A DNA stretch of 64,000 bases from Bacteroidales bacterium (GCA_003446015.1 DMBU01000068.1:27286-91285), one strand, 5' to 3'. Counted from the stretch's first letter, positions 24,980 through 35,533 are shown. Program-made: numbers and translations. Notes: generated from the letters alone by a model not told the origin.

Positions 24980-25891
24980 GTTTAGAAGAGATTCTATTGC
25001 AAATGATGCTTTACTGTATTTAAAAACAAACTTTTCCTTTAACAATTTAGTTGGTACAACTTTCTGATCAGCAAAAAATAATTCATTAGCCATTTCCCTT
25101 AGTGCTAGTTTTAAAATAAATTTCGGAATGATTAACCAAACTGGTCTTCTGAGTTTTCTGCCAATTAATTTGTTAAGTTCTATGGATGTAATTGGATTAG
25201 GTGAAACCAGATTATAAATTCCCGAGGACTCTTTATTATTCATTAAAAACTCTATTGCACGAATTTCATCATGAATATGAATCCATGATAGGAAGTTGTC
25301 TCCTTTTCCAAAATTGCTGCCCATAAAGTATTTTATAGGTGCAATTAATTTAGGAAACATTCCTCCATTTTTCCCTAAAACAACACCGGTTCTGATTACA
25401 ATTCTTTTTACGCCAAATTCTGAGACCATTTCGGTTGATTTTTCCCATTTATCAGAAACCTGAGCTAGAAATCCACTGCCTTTCAGTGAGTTTTCAGTGC
25501 AAATGTCTTTTGTTTGGGATCCATAGAATCCTATTGCTGATGCTTGTATTAATAATTTTGGTTTAATCTCCGATTGCGAAATTGAAAGAGTTAATAAATT
25601 GCCAATATGAACACGGCTTTTAATAATATTTTCTTTGTGTTTTTTTGTCCATATTTTTGATGCAATATTTTCTCCTGCAAGATTTATGATAACTTCAACG
25701 TTGGTAATATTCCTTGATAAAGTATATGGATTTTGAAAATCCCATTCAATTATTTGAATATTCTTAGAGAAAATTTCTTCTGCTTTCTTTTTATTTCTTG
25801 AAATAACGGCAATTTCGTGTTTTTTATCAAATAAATAATTTGTTAATTCTTTGCCAATAAAACCTGTCGCTCCAAAAATCAATATTCTCAT
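24965..25891 (-). CDS. TIGR01777/YfcH-type NAD-dependent epimerase family protein
   Basis: GATGFIGKEL Rossmann motif. Length and C-terminal DUF1731-like region. Confidence 0.75.
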   Translation of the reverse strand: MRILIFGATGFIGKELTNYLFDKKHEIAVISRNKKKAEEIFSKNIQIIEWDFQNPYTLSRNITNVEVIINLAGENIASKIWTKKHKENIIKSRVHIGNLLTLSISQSEIKPKLLIQASAIGFYGSQTKDICTENSLKGSGFLAQVSDKWEKSTEMVSEFGVKRIVIRTGVVLGKNGGMFPKLIAPIKYFMGSNFGKGDNFLSWIHIHDEIRAIEFLMNNKESSGIYNLVSPNPITSIELNKLIGRKLRRPVWLIIPKFILKLALREMANELFFADQKVVPTKLLKEKFVFKYSKASFAIESLLNKKTA

Positions 25892-27186
25892 ATTCTTTTT
25901 ATTTTTTTGTAAAAGTTAAGTGCTCTTTCTCTTGCAAATTTATGTTCTATAATCGGTTTCGGATATTTGGGTGTTTCAAATTCAGGAACCCATTTCTTAA
26001 TGTAGTTGTAATCGGGATCAAATTTTTGTGTTTGTAGCTCAGGATTAAAAATTCTGAAGTATGGAACAGCATCACAACCGGTACTTGCAGCCCATTGCCA
26101 GCCACCATTATTTGATGCTAATTCGTAATCTAAGAGTTTCTGTGCAAAGTATGCTTCACCCCAGTGCCAATCAATTAACAAATGCTTGGTTAGGAAACTA
26201 GCCGTAATCATTCTTAGCCTGTTATGCATAAATCCTGTTGTATTTAACTCTCGCATACCAGCATCTACAATAGGGTATCCTGTTTGTCCATTACACCATG
26301 CCTGAAAATCAGACTCATTATTAATCCACTCAAGATAATCGTACTCTTTTTTGAATGAACTTTCTACTACATATGGAGATTGATATAAAATCATCATATA
26401 AAATTCCCTCCAAATCAGTTCATTTAAGAAAACCTCATTCAAATCCTGAGCTTTATGTACTAATTGTCTAATGCTAATTGTTCCAAATCTTAAATGAATA
26501 CTAAGTTTTGAGGTGGCGTTAAGTGAAGGGATCTCTCTGTTCTGATCATAGTTTTTGATCACAGAAGAATTAACCGTTCTGTCGGGGAACTTAAACAGAA
26601 GCTCGTTAAATCCTATCTCATTTAAATGTATTGGTGCAGCAGGTTTTGTTTTATATAAACTTTCAACTAATTTTTCTGATTCGTATTTAGGGATTCCTGT
26701 ATTGCTAATTTTTTCTTTCCATATTCTGGAATAAGGTGTGTAAATCGTATAAGGTTTTTGATCTTTTTTAAGAATTTCTGATTTCTCAAAAATTAACTGA
26801 TCTTTATATGACTGAACGTTAATGTTTTGTGATTTTAAATAGTCTGCTATAATGTTGTCTCTATTTATTGCATAAGGTTCATAATCGTGATTAAAATAAA
26901 CAGATTGGATATTGAATTTAGAAACTAACATCTTAAAAGCACTTAAAGGATTATTATAAGTGACATAAAGCGTACTTCCATAAGTTTCGAGTTTTTCTTT
27001 TAATGATCTTAATTCAGATTGTATGAAATTAATTCTGAGATCATTTTTATTTTGAAGTTTGGTTAGTATGTCGGAGTCAAATATAAATACGGGCAATACA
27101 TTCCTGTTTTGGAGAGCTTTAAATAATCCATGATTATCAAACAACCTTAAATCTCGTCTAAACCAAAATATTGTTATCTTCTCCAT
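25888..27186 (-). CDS. Deoxyribodipyrimidine photolyase / cryptochrome family protein
   Basis: N-terminal WFRRDLRLFDN. FAD-binding C-terminus (GWQWAASTG...YFRIFNP). Confidence 0.9.
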   Translation of the reverse strand: MEKITIFWFRRDLRLFDNHGLFKALQNRNVLPVFIFDSDILTKLQNKNDLRINFIQSELRSLKEKLETYGSTLYVTYNNPLSAFKMLVSKFNIQSVYFNHDYEPYAINRDNIIADYLKSQNINVQSYKDQLIFEKSEILKKDQKPYTIYTPYSRIWKEKISNTGIPKYESEKLVESLYKTKPAAPIHLNEIGFNELLFKFPDRTVNSSVIKNYDQNREIPSLNATSKLSIHLRFGTISIRQLVHKAQDLNEVFLNELIWREFYMMILYQSPYVVESSFKKEYDYLEWINNESDFQAWCNGQTGYPIVDAGMRELNTTGFMHNRLRMITASFLTKHLLIDWHWGEAYFAQKLLDYELASNNGGWQWAASTGCDAVPYFRIFNPELQTQKFDPDYNYIKKWVPEFETPKYPKPIIEHKFARERALNFYKKIKRI

Positions 27187-27446
27187 TTCAGATGATAGAT
27201 TTAAGTATTGGTTAAATGAAAATTCTTCGAATTTGTATCCGCAAAATAGAACTTAAAGTTTGTATAGATATATTCTTAAACATTAATTATAAGTCATTTC
27301 ATTCTTGTTTTTTTAACAAAAGTCAACTTTATTTGTTCAGGAAATAAGCTTATATTTTACACAAGGTATAAAAAAAGTTGGCAATAGTGAACTATTAAGT
27401 GTAAACGTTGTTTTAACTTTTAAAATCAACAGATATTTAAAATTTT

Positions 27447-28328
27447 ATGGCAAGCTATTCAATAAAAGAGTTAGAGAATTTATCTGGTATTAAGGCCCAT
27501 ACCATTCGTATATGGGAAAAGCGTTATGGTGTTATTAAACCTGCTCGTACTGATACAAATATTCGTTTTTACTGCGACAGTGAATTAAAACGACTGTTGA
27601 ATATTGCAATTCTAAACCGATATGGTATGCGCATTTCGGATATCTCAAAATTATCAGATATTGAGCTGTCGGAAAAAGTAATTAATGCTTCGTCTGATTC
27701 ATCAAATGCAGAAAGCAATATTGAAAATTTAATTATTGCTATGGTTGAAATGGATGAATATAAATTTGATCGAATTCTGTCGCGTTTTATTATGCATGTT
27801 GGATTTGAGAATACAGTTATTAAGGTGATTTACCCTTTTTTCGAGAAAATTGGATTGCTTTGGCAAACCGGCTCAATAAATCCTGCTCATGAACATTTTG
27901 TATCGAATTTATTCCGACAAAAATTGATGGTAGCAATTGATAATATAGTTATCCCTGAAAATAAGGCTGTTAAAAAATTCATTTTATTTTTACCTGAAGG
28001 AGAATACCATGAACTCGCATTATTGTTTTATAACTATTTGATTAAAAAGGCAGGTAAGTTAGTTTATTATTTAGGAAGTTCTGTTCCCTTTGATGATGTT
28101 GTAGAAACAAGTAAAATGATTAATCCCGATTTCTTATTTACCTCTTTAACATCTTCTTTAAATAAGGACGAAATATATGGATATATAAACAATCTTTCCA
28201 AAACATTCACTTTTCAAAAAATATTTGTAACAGGAATGCAGATTAAAGAAAATTTTACTGACTTGCCTTCAAATGTCCTTAAAGTATCTTCCCCATTGGG
28301 ATTTGTGGAAACATTAAAAGATTATTAA
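27447..28328 (+). CDS. MerR-family regulator with CarH/LitR-like B12-binding module
   Basis: MerR HTH (YSIKELENLSGIKAHTIRIWEKRYG). W-x9-EH motif (WQTGSINPAHEH). E-x-H motif (EYHELA) in a Rossmann-like C-terminal half. Confidence 0.7.
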   Translation: MASYSIKELENLSGIKAHTIRIWEKRYGVIKPARTDTNIRFYCDSELKRLLNIAILNRYGMRISDISKLSDIELSEKVINASSDSSNAESNIENLIIAMVEMDEYKFDRILSRFIMHVGFENTVIKVIYPFFEKIGLLWQTGSINPAHEHFVSNLFRQKLMVAIDNIVIPENKAVKKFILFLPEGEYHELALLFYNYLIKKAGKLVYYLGSSVPFDDVVETSKMINPDFLFTSLTSSLNKDEIYGYINNLSKTFTFQKIFVTGMQIKENFTDLPSNVLKVSSPLGFVETLKDY

Positions 28329-28356
28329 TTCTCTGGAATTATTCTAAATAACTTAT

Positions 28357-28386
28357 CCTGCCTGACTTTGAGCGGGATTTTTTGTT
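28357..28386 (+). terminator. Rho-independent terminator
   Basis: ATCCTGC / GCGGGAT stem followed by TTTTTTG. Confidence 0.55.
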
Positions 28387-28614
28387 TAATTAAGTGTTAA
28401 AATTTTAACACAAAGCTTAAACAAAAAAATGCATGTCAAATGTAATTTAGAAATAATTAGTAAAAAGGTAGTGTAATGCTTAAATAGTGGTTGGTGTAGC
28501 GTTATCTCTTATTTATAATAAGCTCTGAAATAGGGCTGTAGAGCAGCTTTGCATTTGCTTTTTGACTATTTTGTGTTGTATATTTGTTTAAGAATTATTA
28601 AAAAACATACAACT

Positions 28615-29118
28615 ATGACAGCAATTGAATTTAATCATCAACTAATAGGTTTAGAGACTAAACTTTCTAGATTCGCGATGAGTTTAACGTCAAATAAAGT
28701 TGAAGCTCAGGATCTTTTACAAGAAACTTATTTAAAAGCATTATCACACAGAGATAAATTTATCGGATATTCGAATTTAAAGGCATGGGCCTTTACAATA
28801 ATGAAAAATACATTCATCAACAATTATCGTAAGCAACAAAAAGAGAATACCCACAACGACACAACGCAAAATTTATATTTTTTAAATTTGTCGCGTGAGC
28901 TTTCTCCGGCCAGACCTGATAATGAATATACAACATCTGAAATTTTGAGAGAAATTGAGAATCTATCAGATGAGTTTAAGAAGCCATTTACCATGTTTCT
29001 TTCGGGTTATAAGTACAAAGAAATTGCAGATGAATTAGATCTGAAAATTGGTACTGTGAAAAGTAGAATATTTTTTACCCGAAAAAGATTAATGGAAAAA
29101 CTTAAAGATTTCCAATAA
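28615..29118 (+). CDS. ECF-type RNA polymerase sigma factor
   Basis: Start at MTAIEFNHQL. Region 2 (AQDLLQETYLKAL...AWAFTIMKNTFIN) and region 4 HTH (YKEIADELDLKIGTVKSRIFFTRKRL). Confidence 0.85.
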   Translation: MTAIEFNHQLIGLETKLSRFAMSLTSNKVEAQDLLQETYLKALSHRDKFIGYSNLKAWAFTIMKNTFINNYRKQQKENTHNDTTQNLYFLNLSRELSPARPDNEYTTSEILREIENLSDEFKKPFTMFLSGYKYKEIADELDLKIGTVKSRIFFTRKRLMEKLKDFQ

Positions 29119-29187
29119 TTGGAAAAAGCTTGTTAAACAAAAACAATAGAAATCTAAATTTTATATATTCAAAGAACTTTTTGGAAC

Positions 29188-29646
29188 TTAAAAAGAACCA
29201 AAAAGTTCTTTTATTTTTGTCTCTCTGAAGTCAAAAATCTCTTGTACTCGTTTTCGTATAAAGATTTTATGCAGTATTTGACCAATAAATCCCAAAGGAA
29301 CATCATAAAATAATATATCTCTCATTTCTGTTCCATTGTTTATTTTTTTAAAATGATGTTCGTGATGCCATATCTTATAAGGACCCTGAATTTGATTATC
29401 GATAAAATATCTGTGTTCTTTAATTTGAGTTATTTCAGTAGCCCATTTAACAGTAAAATTAAATAAAGGACTAAGCCTATAGGTAATAATCATTCCAGGG
29501 TACATTTCTCCAGCATCAGATCTTGATAATATGTTAAAATTCATGTATTGTGGTGTAATCTTACCTAAGTTATCAGGCTGTGAGAAGAAATCCCAGGCTT
29601 CAATTAATGATATAGGAATGTTTTGTGTTATTTTGAGTTGATACAT
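29188..29646 (-). CDS. SRPBCC (polyketide cyclase/START-like) family protein
   Basis: Size and N-terminal pattern (IPISLIEAWDFFSQPDNL) are typical of this fold family. Confidence 0.6.
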   Translation of the reverse strand: MYQLKITQNIPISLIEAWDFFSQPDNLGKITPQYMNFNILSRSDAGEMYPGMIITYRLSPLFNFTVKWATEITQIKEHRYFIDNQIQGPYKIWHHEHHFKKINNGTEMRDILFYDVPLGFIGQILHKIFIRKRVQEIFDFRETKIKELFGSF

Positions 29647-29893
29647 TTAGTTTTAATTGAATAGAACTCTAACAATAAAATGTGCAATTTGTTTGCACAG
29701 ATCCCTGAAGGGTGCCAGCCGTCATGCAGGGGAGCAAATTGATTTTATTCACACCCTTTAGTCCCGAAAGTTTTCGGGAGGGGCAAATGAAGAAAATCAT
29801 TAACAACAATTATGAATAAAAGAGGACACTCGTTAAGAAAATCTATAAAATGAATAATTTCCTTATAAAATAAATATTGAGCTTAAAACAAAT

Positions 29894-30139
29894 TTATTCT
29901 GAATCAAATGATTTTAAAAATTCATCTAAAAGTACTTTTGCACGTTCAAAATGTTCATTTGTTACATAAAGACTTGCTTCAGCTTCCGGATATCCTCCTC
30001 CAAATCCAGCAGTTAAACCAGATCGCATTTCGTTTTTTACTAAGCATCCGATTTGGTTATCATTTAAAATTTCTTTTAATATATTCGCATTAATTTCTGA
30101 TCCGGTAAATAGGAGTATAAGATCTTCGTGATTGGTCAT
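29894..30139 (-). CDS. DUF2007-like small protein (putative signal-transducing, PII-like fold)
   Basis: 81 aa. The pattern LILLFTGSEINANILKEILNDNQIGCLV...LYV is typical of the family. Confidence 0.55.
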   Translation of the reverse strand: MTNHEDLILLFTGSEINANILKEILNDNQIGCLVKNEMRSGLTAGFGGGYPEAEASLYVTNEHFERAKVLLDEFLKSFDSE

Positions 30140-30227
30140 TTTTTTGAGTTTTGGTTAATGGATTAACAGATGAAAAGATATTAATTAAAAATTACAATAA
30201 ATAGTAACACTCTTCATTTTTTTACTT

Positions 30228-30920
30228 TTAATCGATATTTGGTATGTTAAATAATTTATTCGTATCTAAATTGATGGCGGTTAAACTACCGAGGCCTGGA
30301 TGCTGAGTATAAACACATCCTGAATCAATATTAATTACATTAACCTGATTAGATGTAAGGTTTGATCTAATCTGATCAAAGGGAACAGGAGTGTGGCCAT
30401 GTATTATTTTTCTCCCTTTCGAAACATTGTAATCATAATTTTCCTCTCGGGTCCATAACATACTTTCAAGATCGCTAAAGGGATTATTTGCCTTAAAATT
30501 TAAACCGGCATGAACAATTATATAATCGTCTAATTCAATAAAATACGGTAATGAACTTAGGTATTTATAATAATGATTTGGAATTAGCTCTTTAACTTTT
30601 AAATTTAAATCAGCCTGAGGGTTAAAGCTGCTGATGGTTGATTTAGCTCCATTTAATTGCCATTTTGTATCATTTAATTTTAAATTTTTTTGATATGCCT
30701 CTTTAAGCATATCTTCATGGTTTCCGCATACACATTCAATTGTAAAACCTTGTTGTCTTAAATCAAAAATGAGATCGATGACAGCTTTTGAGTTTGGTCC
30801 CCGATCAATTATATCACCAACTATATAAATATCAGGATGTTTTGATTCAAGAAATAATTGTAGAATAAGTTCTTTAAACGTTTTATAACAACCATGTATG
30901 TCGCCTATACAATATCTCAT
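30228..30920 (-). CDS. Metallophosphoesterase (ApaH / Ser-Thr phosphatase-like)
   Basis: GDIHGC, GDIIDRGP, GNHE and GH motifs. Confidence 0.85.
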   Translation of the reverse strand: MRYCIGDIHGCYKTFKELILQLFLESKHPDIYIVGDIIDRGPNSKAVIDLIFDLRQQGFTIECVCGNHEDMLKEAYQKNLKLNDTKWQLNGAKSTISSFNPQADLNLKVKELIPNHYYKYLSSLPYFIELDDYIIVHAGLNFKANNPFSDLESMLWTREENYDYNVSKGRKIIHGHTPVPFDQIRSNLTSNQVNVINIDSGCVYTQHPGLGSLTAINLDTNKLFNIPNID

Positions 30921-31130
30921 GCAGAGAAATTACATATAAAGTAACTATTAGTCAAGTTTTTCATTAATTATTAAATAAGATTAAGTTTTTTTACTGTGAA
31001 TATATTTTAATTCGGAGTTGAAAAGAACAAAATTAAAAAAGGGTTAGAATATCGAATGCTTGTATAAACGAAAAAAGCAATACGCTTATAGCGATATTGC
31101 TTTTTATTATTATCGAAATAGATTAAATTA

Positions 31131-32762
31131 TTAACAATATAAATACCTTTTGATTTTCTGTGTTGCTGTTTTTTCAAAAGGAGTTATTTGTGGAATTACA
31201 GCATAAATTCTTGAAAACTTATTCACTCTTGAGTTAACATGTTCTTGCAATTCAATCATTAATTCTTCAGTTTTTTTCTTTGCAAAAGCTACGGCTTCAT
31301 CTTTTAGATGATGAAATTGTTTTTCAAGTTCTTCATAGTTAAAATGCACCAATGCAACCAGCTTCCCTTTTTGTTCAACTACTATTGATTCCAAAACATA
31401 TTTGAAATTGTTAATAACAGATTCAATTTCTTCAGGATAAATATTTTCTCCACTTGAACCAACAATCATGTTTTTAATTCTACCTTTAAGAAAAAGATAA
31501 TTATCCTTATCAAAATATCCACGGTCGCCTGTTTTTAGCCAACCATCCGGAGTTAAAACCTCTTTTGTTAATTCAGGTTCTTTATAATAACCTTTCATAA
31601 TATTATCACCTTTTGCCCAAACTTCACCCTCGCCTGTTACTGGATCCGGATTGTTTATTTTCACTTCAATACCTTGCATTATTGGTCCTGTCCCCCTGAA
31701 TTTTACAACTTGTGGGTTTGCCCCTGAAAGCAATGGAGCTGATTCAGTTAATCCATAACCAATTGCATAAGGAAATTTAGCTTCGCGCAAGAATTTTTCA
31801 ACTGTTGGATCTAATGCAGCACCACCAATTCCGAAGAATACAAGTTCTCCCCCGAAAGTTTCTTTTAATTTATTTCCAGCTAACTTATTCAGCGTTTTCC
31901 GAATAGGTGAGATTTTATATAATAATGATAAAATTTTACTTTTTGTAAATTTTGGTAAAACCTGATTTCTGTATATCTTTTCAATAACCATAGGAACACT
32001 TAGAATATGAGTTGGTTTTACCTTTTTCATTGCAGGTACTAATGCACTTGGAGTTGGTGGCTTTTCCAGATAATAAACCGCTGCTCCTTGTAAAATCGGT
32101 AAAACTAGCCCAAGAGTATTTTCATAGGTGTGTGATAATGGTAATATGGATAAGAAACGATGGTGTGATTGTACATTTTCAATTGAAAGCACCTGAATGG
32201 CATCAAAAACAATATTTTTATGGGTTAACATAACCCCTTTTGATTTTCCGGTTGTTCCTGATGTGTAAATAATTGAGGCAAGATCAGATTCCTCAACATT
32301 AACTTCATTTATATAATCTGAATTTACCGATTTTGGTTTTCCTCTTCTAATCTCAAAATCATCCGAATAAATAATAGTTTTGAGTAAATTGTCGGGGAGA
32401 TTTTCAATTTTAGGATACATTAATTTAGAAACAAAAATGCATTTTGCCTCAGAATGTTCAAGTATGTTTTTGATTTCATTTTCATGAAAATCAGGAAGTA
32501 ATGGAACTGCAATAGCACCAAGAGATGTGATTGCAAAAAAAGCAATTCCCCAGTTGGGCATATTCCTACTTAGAATGGCAACTTTGTCTTCTTTTTTTAC
32601 TCCTTGACTAACAAGCAGTTTTTTAATTTTCTCGATCTCAGAATTAAGTTCCGTATAAGTAAGCGACTCTTCATTTACATAAGACAATGCAGTATTATTA
32701 GCATAAAGTTCTACACTGTTCTTAAGTAATGACGGTAAAGTTTGATTTTTAAGTTTATTCAT
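31131..32762 (-). CDS. Long-chain fatty acid-CoA ligase (AMP-dependent synthetase)
   Basis: AMP-binding motif IIYTSGTTGKSKGV. GYGLTE. C-terminal TGD...K. Confidence 0.85.
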   Translation of the reverse strand: MNKLKNQTLPSLLKNSVELYANNTALSYVNEESLTYTELNSEIEKIKKLLVSQGVKKEDKVAILSRNMPNWGIAFFAITSLGAIAVPLLPDFHENEIKNILEHSEAKCIFVSKLMYPKIENLPDNLLKTIIYSDDFEIRRGKPKSVNSDYINEVNVEESDLASIIYTSGTTGKSKGVMLTHKNIVFDAIQVLSIENVQSHHRFLSILPLSHTYENTLGLVLPILQGAAVYYLEKPPTPSALVPAMKKVKPTHILSVPMVIEKIYRNQVLPKFTKSKILSLLYKISPIRKTLNKLAGNKLKETFGGELVFFGIGGAALDPTVEKFLREAKFPYAIGYGLTESAPLLSGANPQVVKFRGTGPIMQGIEVKINNPDPVTGEGEVWAKGDNIMKGYYKEPELTKEVLTPDGWLKTGDRGYFDKDNYLFLKGRIKNMIVGSSGENIYPEEIESVINNFKYVLESIVVEQKGKLVALVHFNYEELEKQFHHLKDEAVAFAKKKTEELMIELQEHVNSRVNKFSRIYAVIPQITPFEKTATQKIKRYLYC

Positions 32763-32979
32763 AATTCCTGAATATGAATTAAATTAAATAGCAATTAAAG
32801 TGAATATTATATTCACATATTTAGATGGTTTACTTTTGTCAAAAGTAATATTAAATTTGAAAAGACGAAATTATATCCCTACAAGTTATAAACAAGTGAA
32901 GTTAGAATTTGTTCTTTAAAAAAGAAAAAAAAAGCCAACTGAAAAGAACAATTGACCTTTGTTTTTTAAAATGATTGAA

Positions 32980-33579
32980 TTAGAAATTAAGATTTACTCC
33001 AATTCTTATTGAAGAATAGTTTAATTCGAAAGATTCATATTCATCGTCAGTAGCTTTAGCTAGATCGTAAGCGAAAATTATTTGAGGATTAAATCTGTCA
33101 TTATTAAGACTTAATCCGGTCTGGAAACGTGGATTTAACGAACTTCCTGAAAACTCTTCAAAGCTCATACTGTTGTACAGAAGACCTGCTCCAATTATTA
33201 CACTGCTCTTTCTTTCACTGGAAATAGGAATTAAAAAATTAGCCATCATCCCTCCAGAGAATTTATTAAATGCATAACTTTCATCTGCTCCACTAATGAT
33301 TTTAGGAGCATAAGAGTATTCAACCAAAGGTTGTACTTCAATAAGATTATAAAATCTGAAACTTCCACCAATGCCAAAGTTAAAACTCATTACAATATCG
33401 GTAGTCCCAAATGTAATTGAATAACTACTTAAATCATCAGAAATGTAATTGTTAACATCTTCAGGATTCATAAGGTATCCAAAACTGATAGATGGGAAGA
33501 ATTTGAATTTAAATACATCTTGAGCTGAAACATTTAAGGAAATTCCAAATGCAAGGATTAATACTATTAGTTTTCTCAT
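32980..33579 (-). CDS. Outer-membrane beta-barrel (porin-family) protein
   Basis: Start at MRKLIVLILAFGISLNVSAQ. Alternating beta-strand pattern. C-terminal aromatic residue (NLNF). Confidence 0.6.
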   Translation of the reverse strand: MRKLIVLILAFGISLNVSAQDVFKFKFFPSISFGYLMNPEDVNNYISDDLSSYSITFGTTDIVMSFNFGIGGSFRFYNLIEVQPLVEYSYAPKIISGADESYAFNKFSGGMMANFLIPISSERKSSVIIGAGLLYNSMSFEEFSGSSLNPRFQTGLSLNNDRFNPQIIFAYDLAKATDDEYESFELNYSSIRIGVNLNF

Positions 33580-33732
33580 AATTAATAAATTTTGATAACA
33601 GATTAACAAGATTTATAAATAAAATAAAATAAAAATAAGCATTTATGCAAGTAATTGGCTGAAAAAGAGTCGAATAAACTTAAGAAAGGGCTTGTGTTTT
33701 TACTTAATTTTGGAAATCGTAGTAAAAGAAAA

Positions 33733-33768
33733 AACAGCTATTATCCTTAAATAACGCTGTTTTTGTGA
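33733..33768 (-). terminator. Terminator downstream of tmRNA
   Basis: AACAGC / GCTGTT stem flanked by A/T runs. Confidence 0.5.
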
Positions 33769-33787
33769 ATTTCATTAATTGTTTTCG

Positions 33788-34180
33788 TGGAGCTGGCGGG
33801 AATCGAACCCGCGTCCGAATAAGAAACCCAAATGCGTTCTACATGCTTATCTCTTTATTGGTTTTCGTGAGTGGACTGGCAAAAAGCAGCCGAACCAAAC
33901 CTTAGCTTCTTAATTTCGCTTAGTTATCGAAGCATTAACTAAACTAGTTTAACTTTTACGATGCCTCTATATCAAGTGCCGTTAAACAGGGCCCTTTGAG
34001 AGACAGCTTGTTCCGACACCTGGTGTCGGAATTAAGTTAATTCACTGAGTGAGATTAAGCAGCAAGCGCGTAATTATTTTCGCCGTTTATGTTTTTGAGC
34101 CTTGAGATTTACGAGCCAAAACACAAAGCTCGACATGCTTACATTCCAATTTACCTTACCGTCAAAACCAAGACAGCCCC
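33788..34180 (-). ncRNA. ssrA: tmRNA (SsrA), tag reading frame GENNYALAA*
   Basis: On the minus strand, the 5' end GGGGCTGTCTTGGTTTTGACGG pairs with the tRNA-like 3' end GGTTCGATTCCCGCCAGCTCCA. Internal ORF GGC GAA AAT AAT TAC GCG CTT GCT GCT TAA. Confidence 0.9.
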
Positions 34181-34192
34181 AAATCAGAGTTG

Positions 34193-34200
34193 CAAAGTTA
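34193..34200 (-). promoter_or_regulatory. Bacteroidota-type -7 box (TAACTTTG) upstream of tmRNA
   Basis: Matches the TAnnTTTG consensus 12 nt upstream of the mature 5' end. No clear -33 TTTG seen. Confidence 0.35.
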
Positions 34201-34286
34201 CAATAATCTTCCGTCGAATATTATTTTTTCTGTTAAAAAAAATTAATTTTAGGCTCTCTTAAATCAAATACAAAAAATATTTTTAT

Positions 34287-35507
34287 ATGAGTCCAAAACT
34301 AAAAGTTGGTGTTTTACGCGAAACCAAAAATCCACCTGATAAAAGAGTACCGGTTACTCCATCCCAGGTAGTAAAATTAGCAGAACGCTTTCCTAATGTG
34401 GAAGTTTGTGTTCAACCTAGTGATATTAGATGTTACACCGATGAAGAGTATAGTTATCTCGATTTAAATATGAAAGAAGATTTAAGCGATTGTGATATTT
34501 TGTTGGGTGTTAAAGAAGTTGATCCTAAAACATTGATTGCAAATAAAACATACATGTTTTTCGCGCATGTTGCTAAAAAACAACCTTATAACCGTGGTTT
34601 ATTGCAAGAGATAATAAAGAAAAAAATCCGATTAGTCGATTATGAATATTTAACCGATTACAATGAGCAAAGAATAGTAGCTTTCGGTCGTTGGGCAGGA
34701 ATAGTTGGAGCTTATAATGGATTGCGAGCTCGTGGTATACGTACCGATCAGTTCGATTTAAAACCGGCACATCAATGTAAAGATATGGATGAGATGTATG
34801 CAGGTCTAAAAAAGATTCAGTTAAAAAAGAAAAAGATATTGGTGACCGGTGGTGGTCGTGTTGCAATGGGAGCCATGGAAACCTTAAGTCAGTTAAATAT
34901 TCGTGAGGTCACACCTGATGAGTTTTTGAATCAGGAATTCGACGAGCCGATATTATGTCGTATCGACCCTGAACATTATGTTGAACATAAGGGAGGAATG
35001 CAGTTTGATTTACATCATTTCTTTAAACATCCTGAAGAATACAAGTCAACATTTAAAAGATACACGAAGGTTACAGATATTTTCATTGCATGTCATTTCT
35101 GGGATCCTAAATCACCCAAATTTATTACAAAAGAAGATTATCTGGAACCTGATTTTAAAATTACTGTAATTGCTGATGTGAGTTGCGATGTTGACGGACC
35201 AATTGCTTCAACGGTTAAAGCATCAACTATAGCAGAACCATTCTTTGGATATAATCCTGCAACAGGAAAAGCAGAACCTCCATTTATCAGTCCAAAAAAT
35301 ATTACAGTCATGTCAGTTGATAATCTCCCAGGTGAGTTACCTCGTAATGCATCATCCGATTTTGGTGCAAATTTATTGGATAAAGTTTACCCTTCGTTAT
35401 TTGGAAATGATGACACAGGAATGATTGAACGAGCTACAATTGCTAAAGATGGAAAATTAACCGAACGATATGCTTACTTACAGAATTATTTGGATGAAAA
35501 AGAATAA
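34287..35507 (+). CDS. Saccharopine/alanine dehydrogenase-like NAD(P) oxidoreductase
   Basis: N-terminal KVGVLRETKNPPDKRVPVTP block and an internal GGGRVAMGA Rossmann motif. Confidence 0.6.
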   Translation: MSPKLKVGVLRETKNPPDKRVPVTPSQVVKLAERFPNVEVCVQPSDIRCYTDEEYSYLDLNMKEDLSDCDILLGVKEVDPKTLIANKTYMFFAHVAKKQPYNRGLLQEIIKKKIRLVDYEYLTDYNEQRIVAFGRWAGIVGAYNGLRARGIRTDQFDLKPAHQCKDMDEMYAGLKKIQLKKKKILVTGGGRVAMGAMETLSQLNIREVTPDEFLNQEFDEPILCRIDPEHYVEHKGGMQFDLHHFFKHPEEYKSTFKRYTKVTDIFIACHFWDPKSPKFITKEDYLEPDFKITVIADVSCDVDGPIASTVKASTIAEPFFGYNPATGKAEPPFISPKNITVMSVDNLPGELPRNASSDFGANLLDKVYPSLFGNDDTGMIERATIAKDGKLTERYAYLQNYLDEKE

Positions 35508-35533
35508 TTATAAAGCCAATTAAAAGATTGGCT

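Noticed and set aside
29675-29810. Assignment as SRP (4.5S) RNA or a named riboswitch class
   Set aside because: The highly conserved SRP helix-8 sequence (GGAA tetraloop followed by AGCAGCC-type loop) is not present on either strand. I could not match cobalamin, fluoride, c-di-GMP, ZTP or Mn-type consensus cores. It is left as an unclassified structured element.
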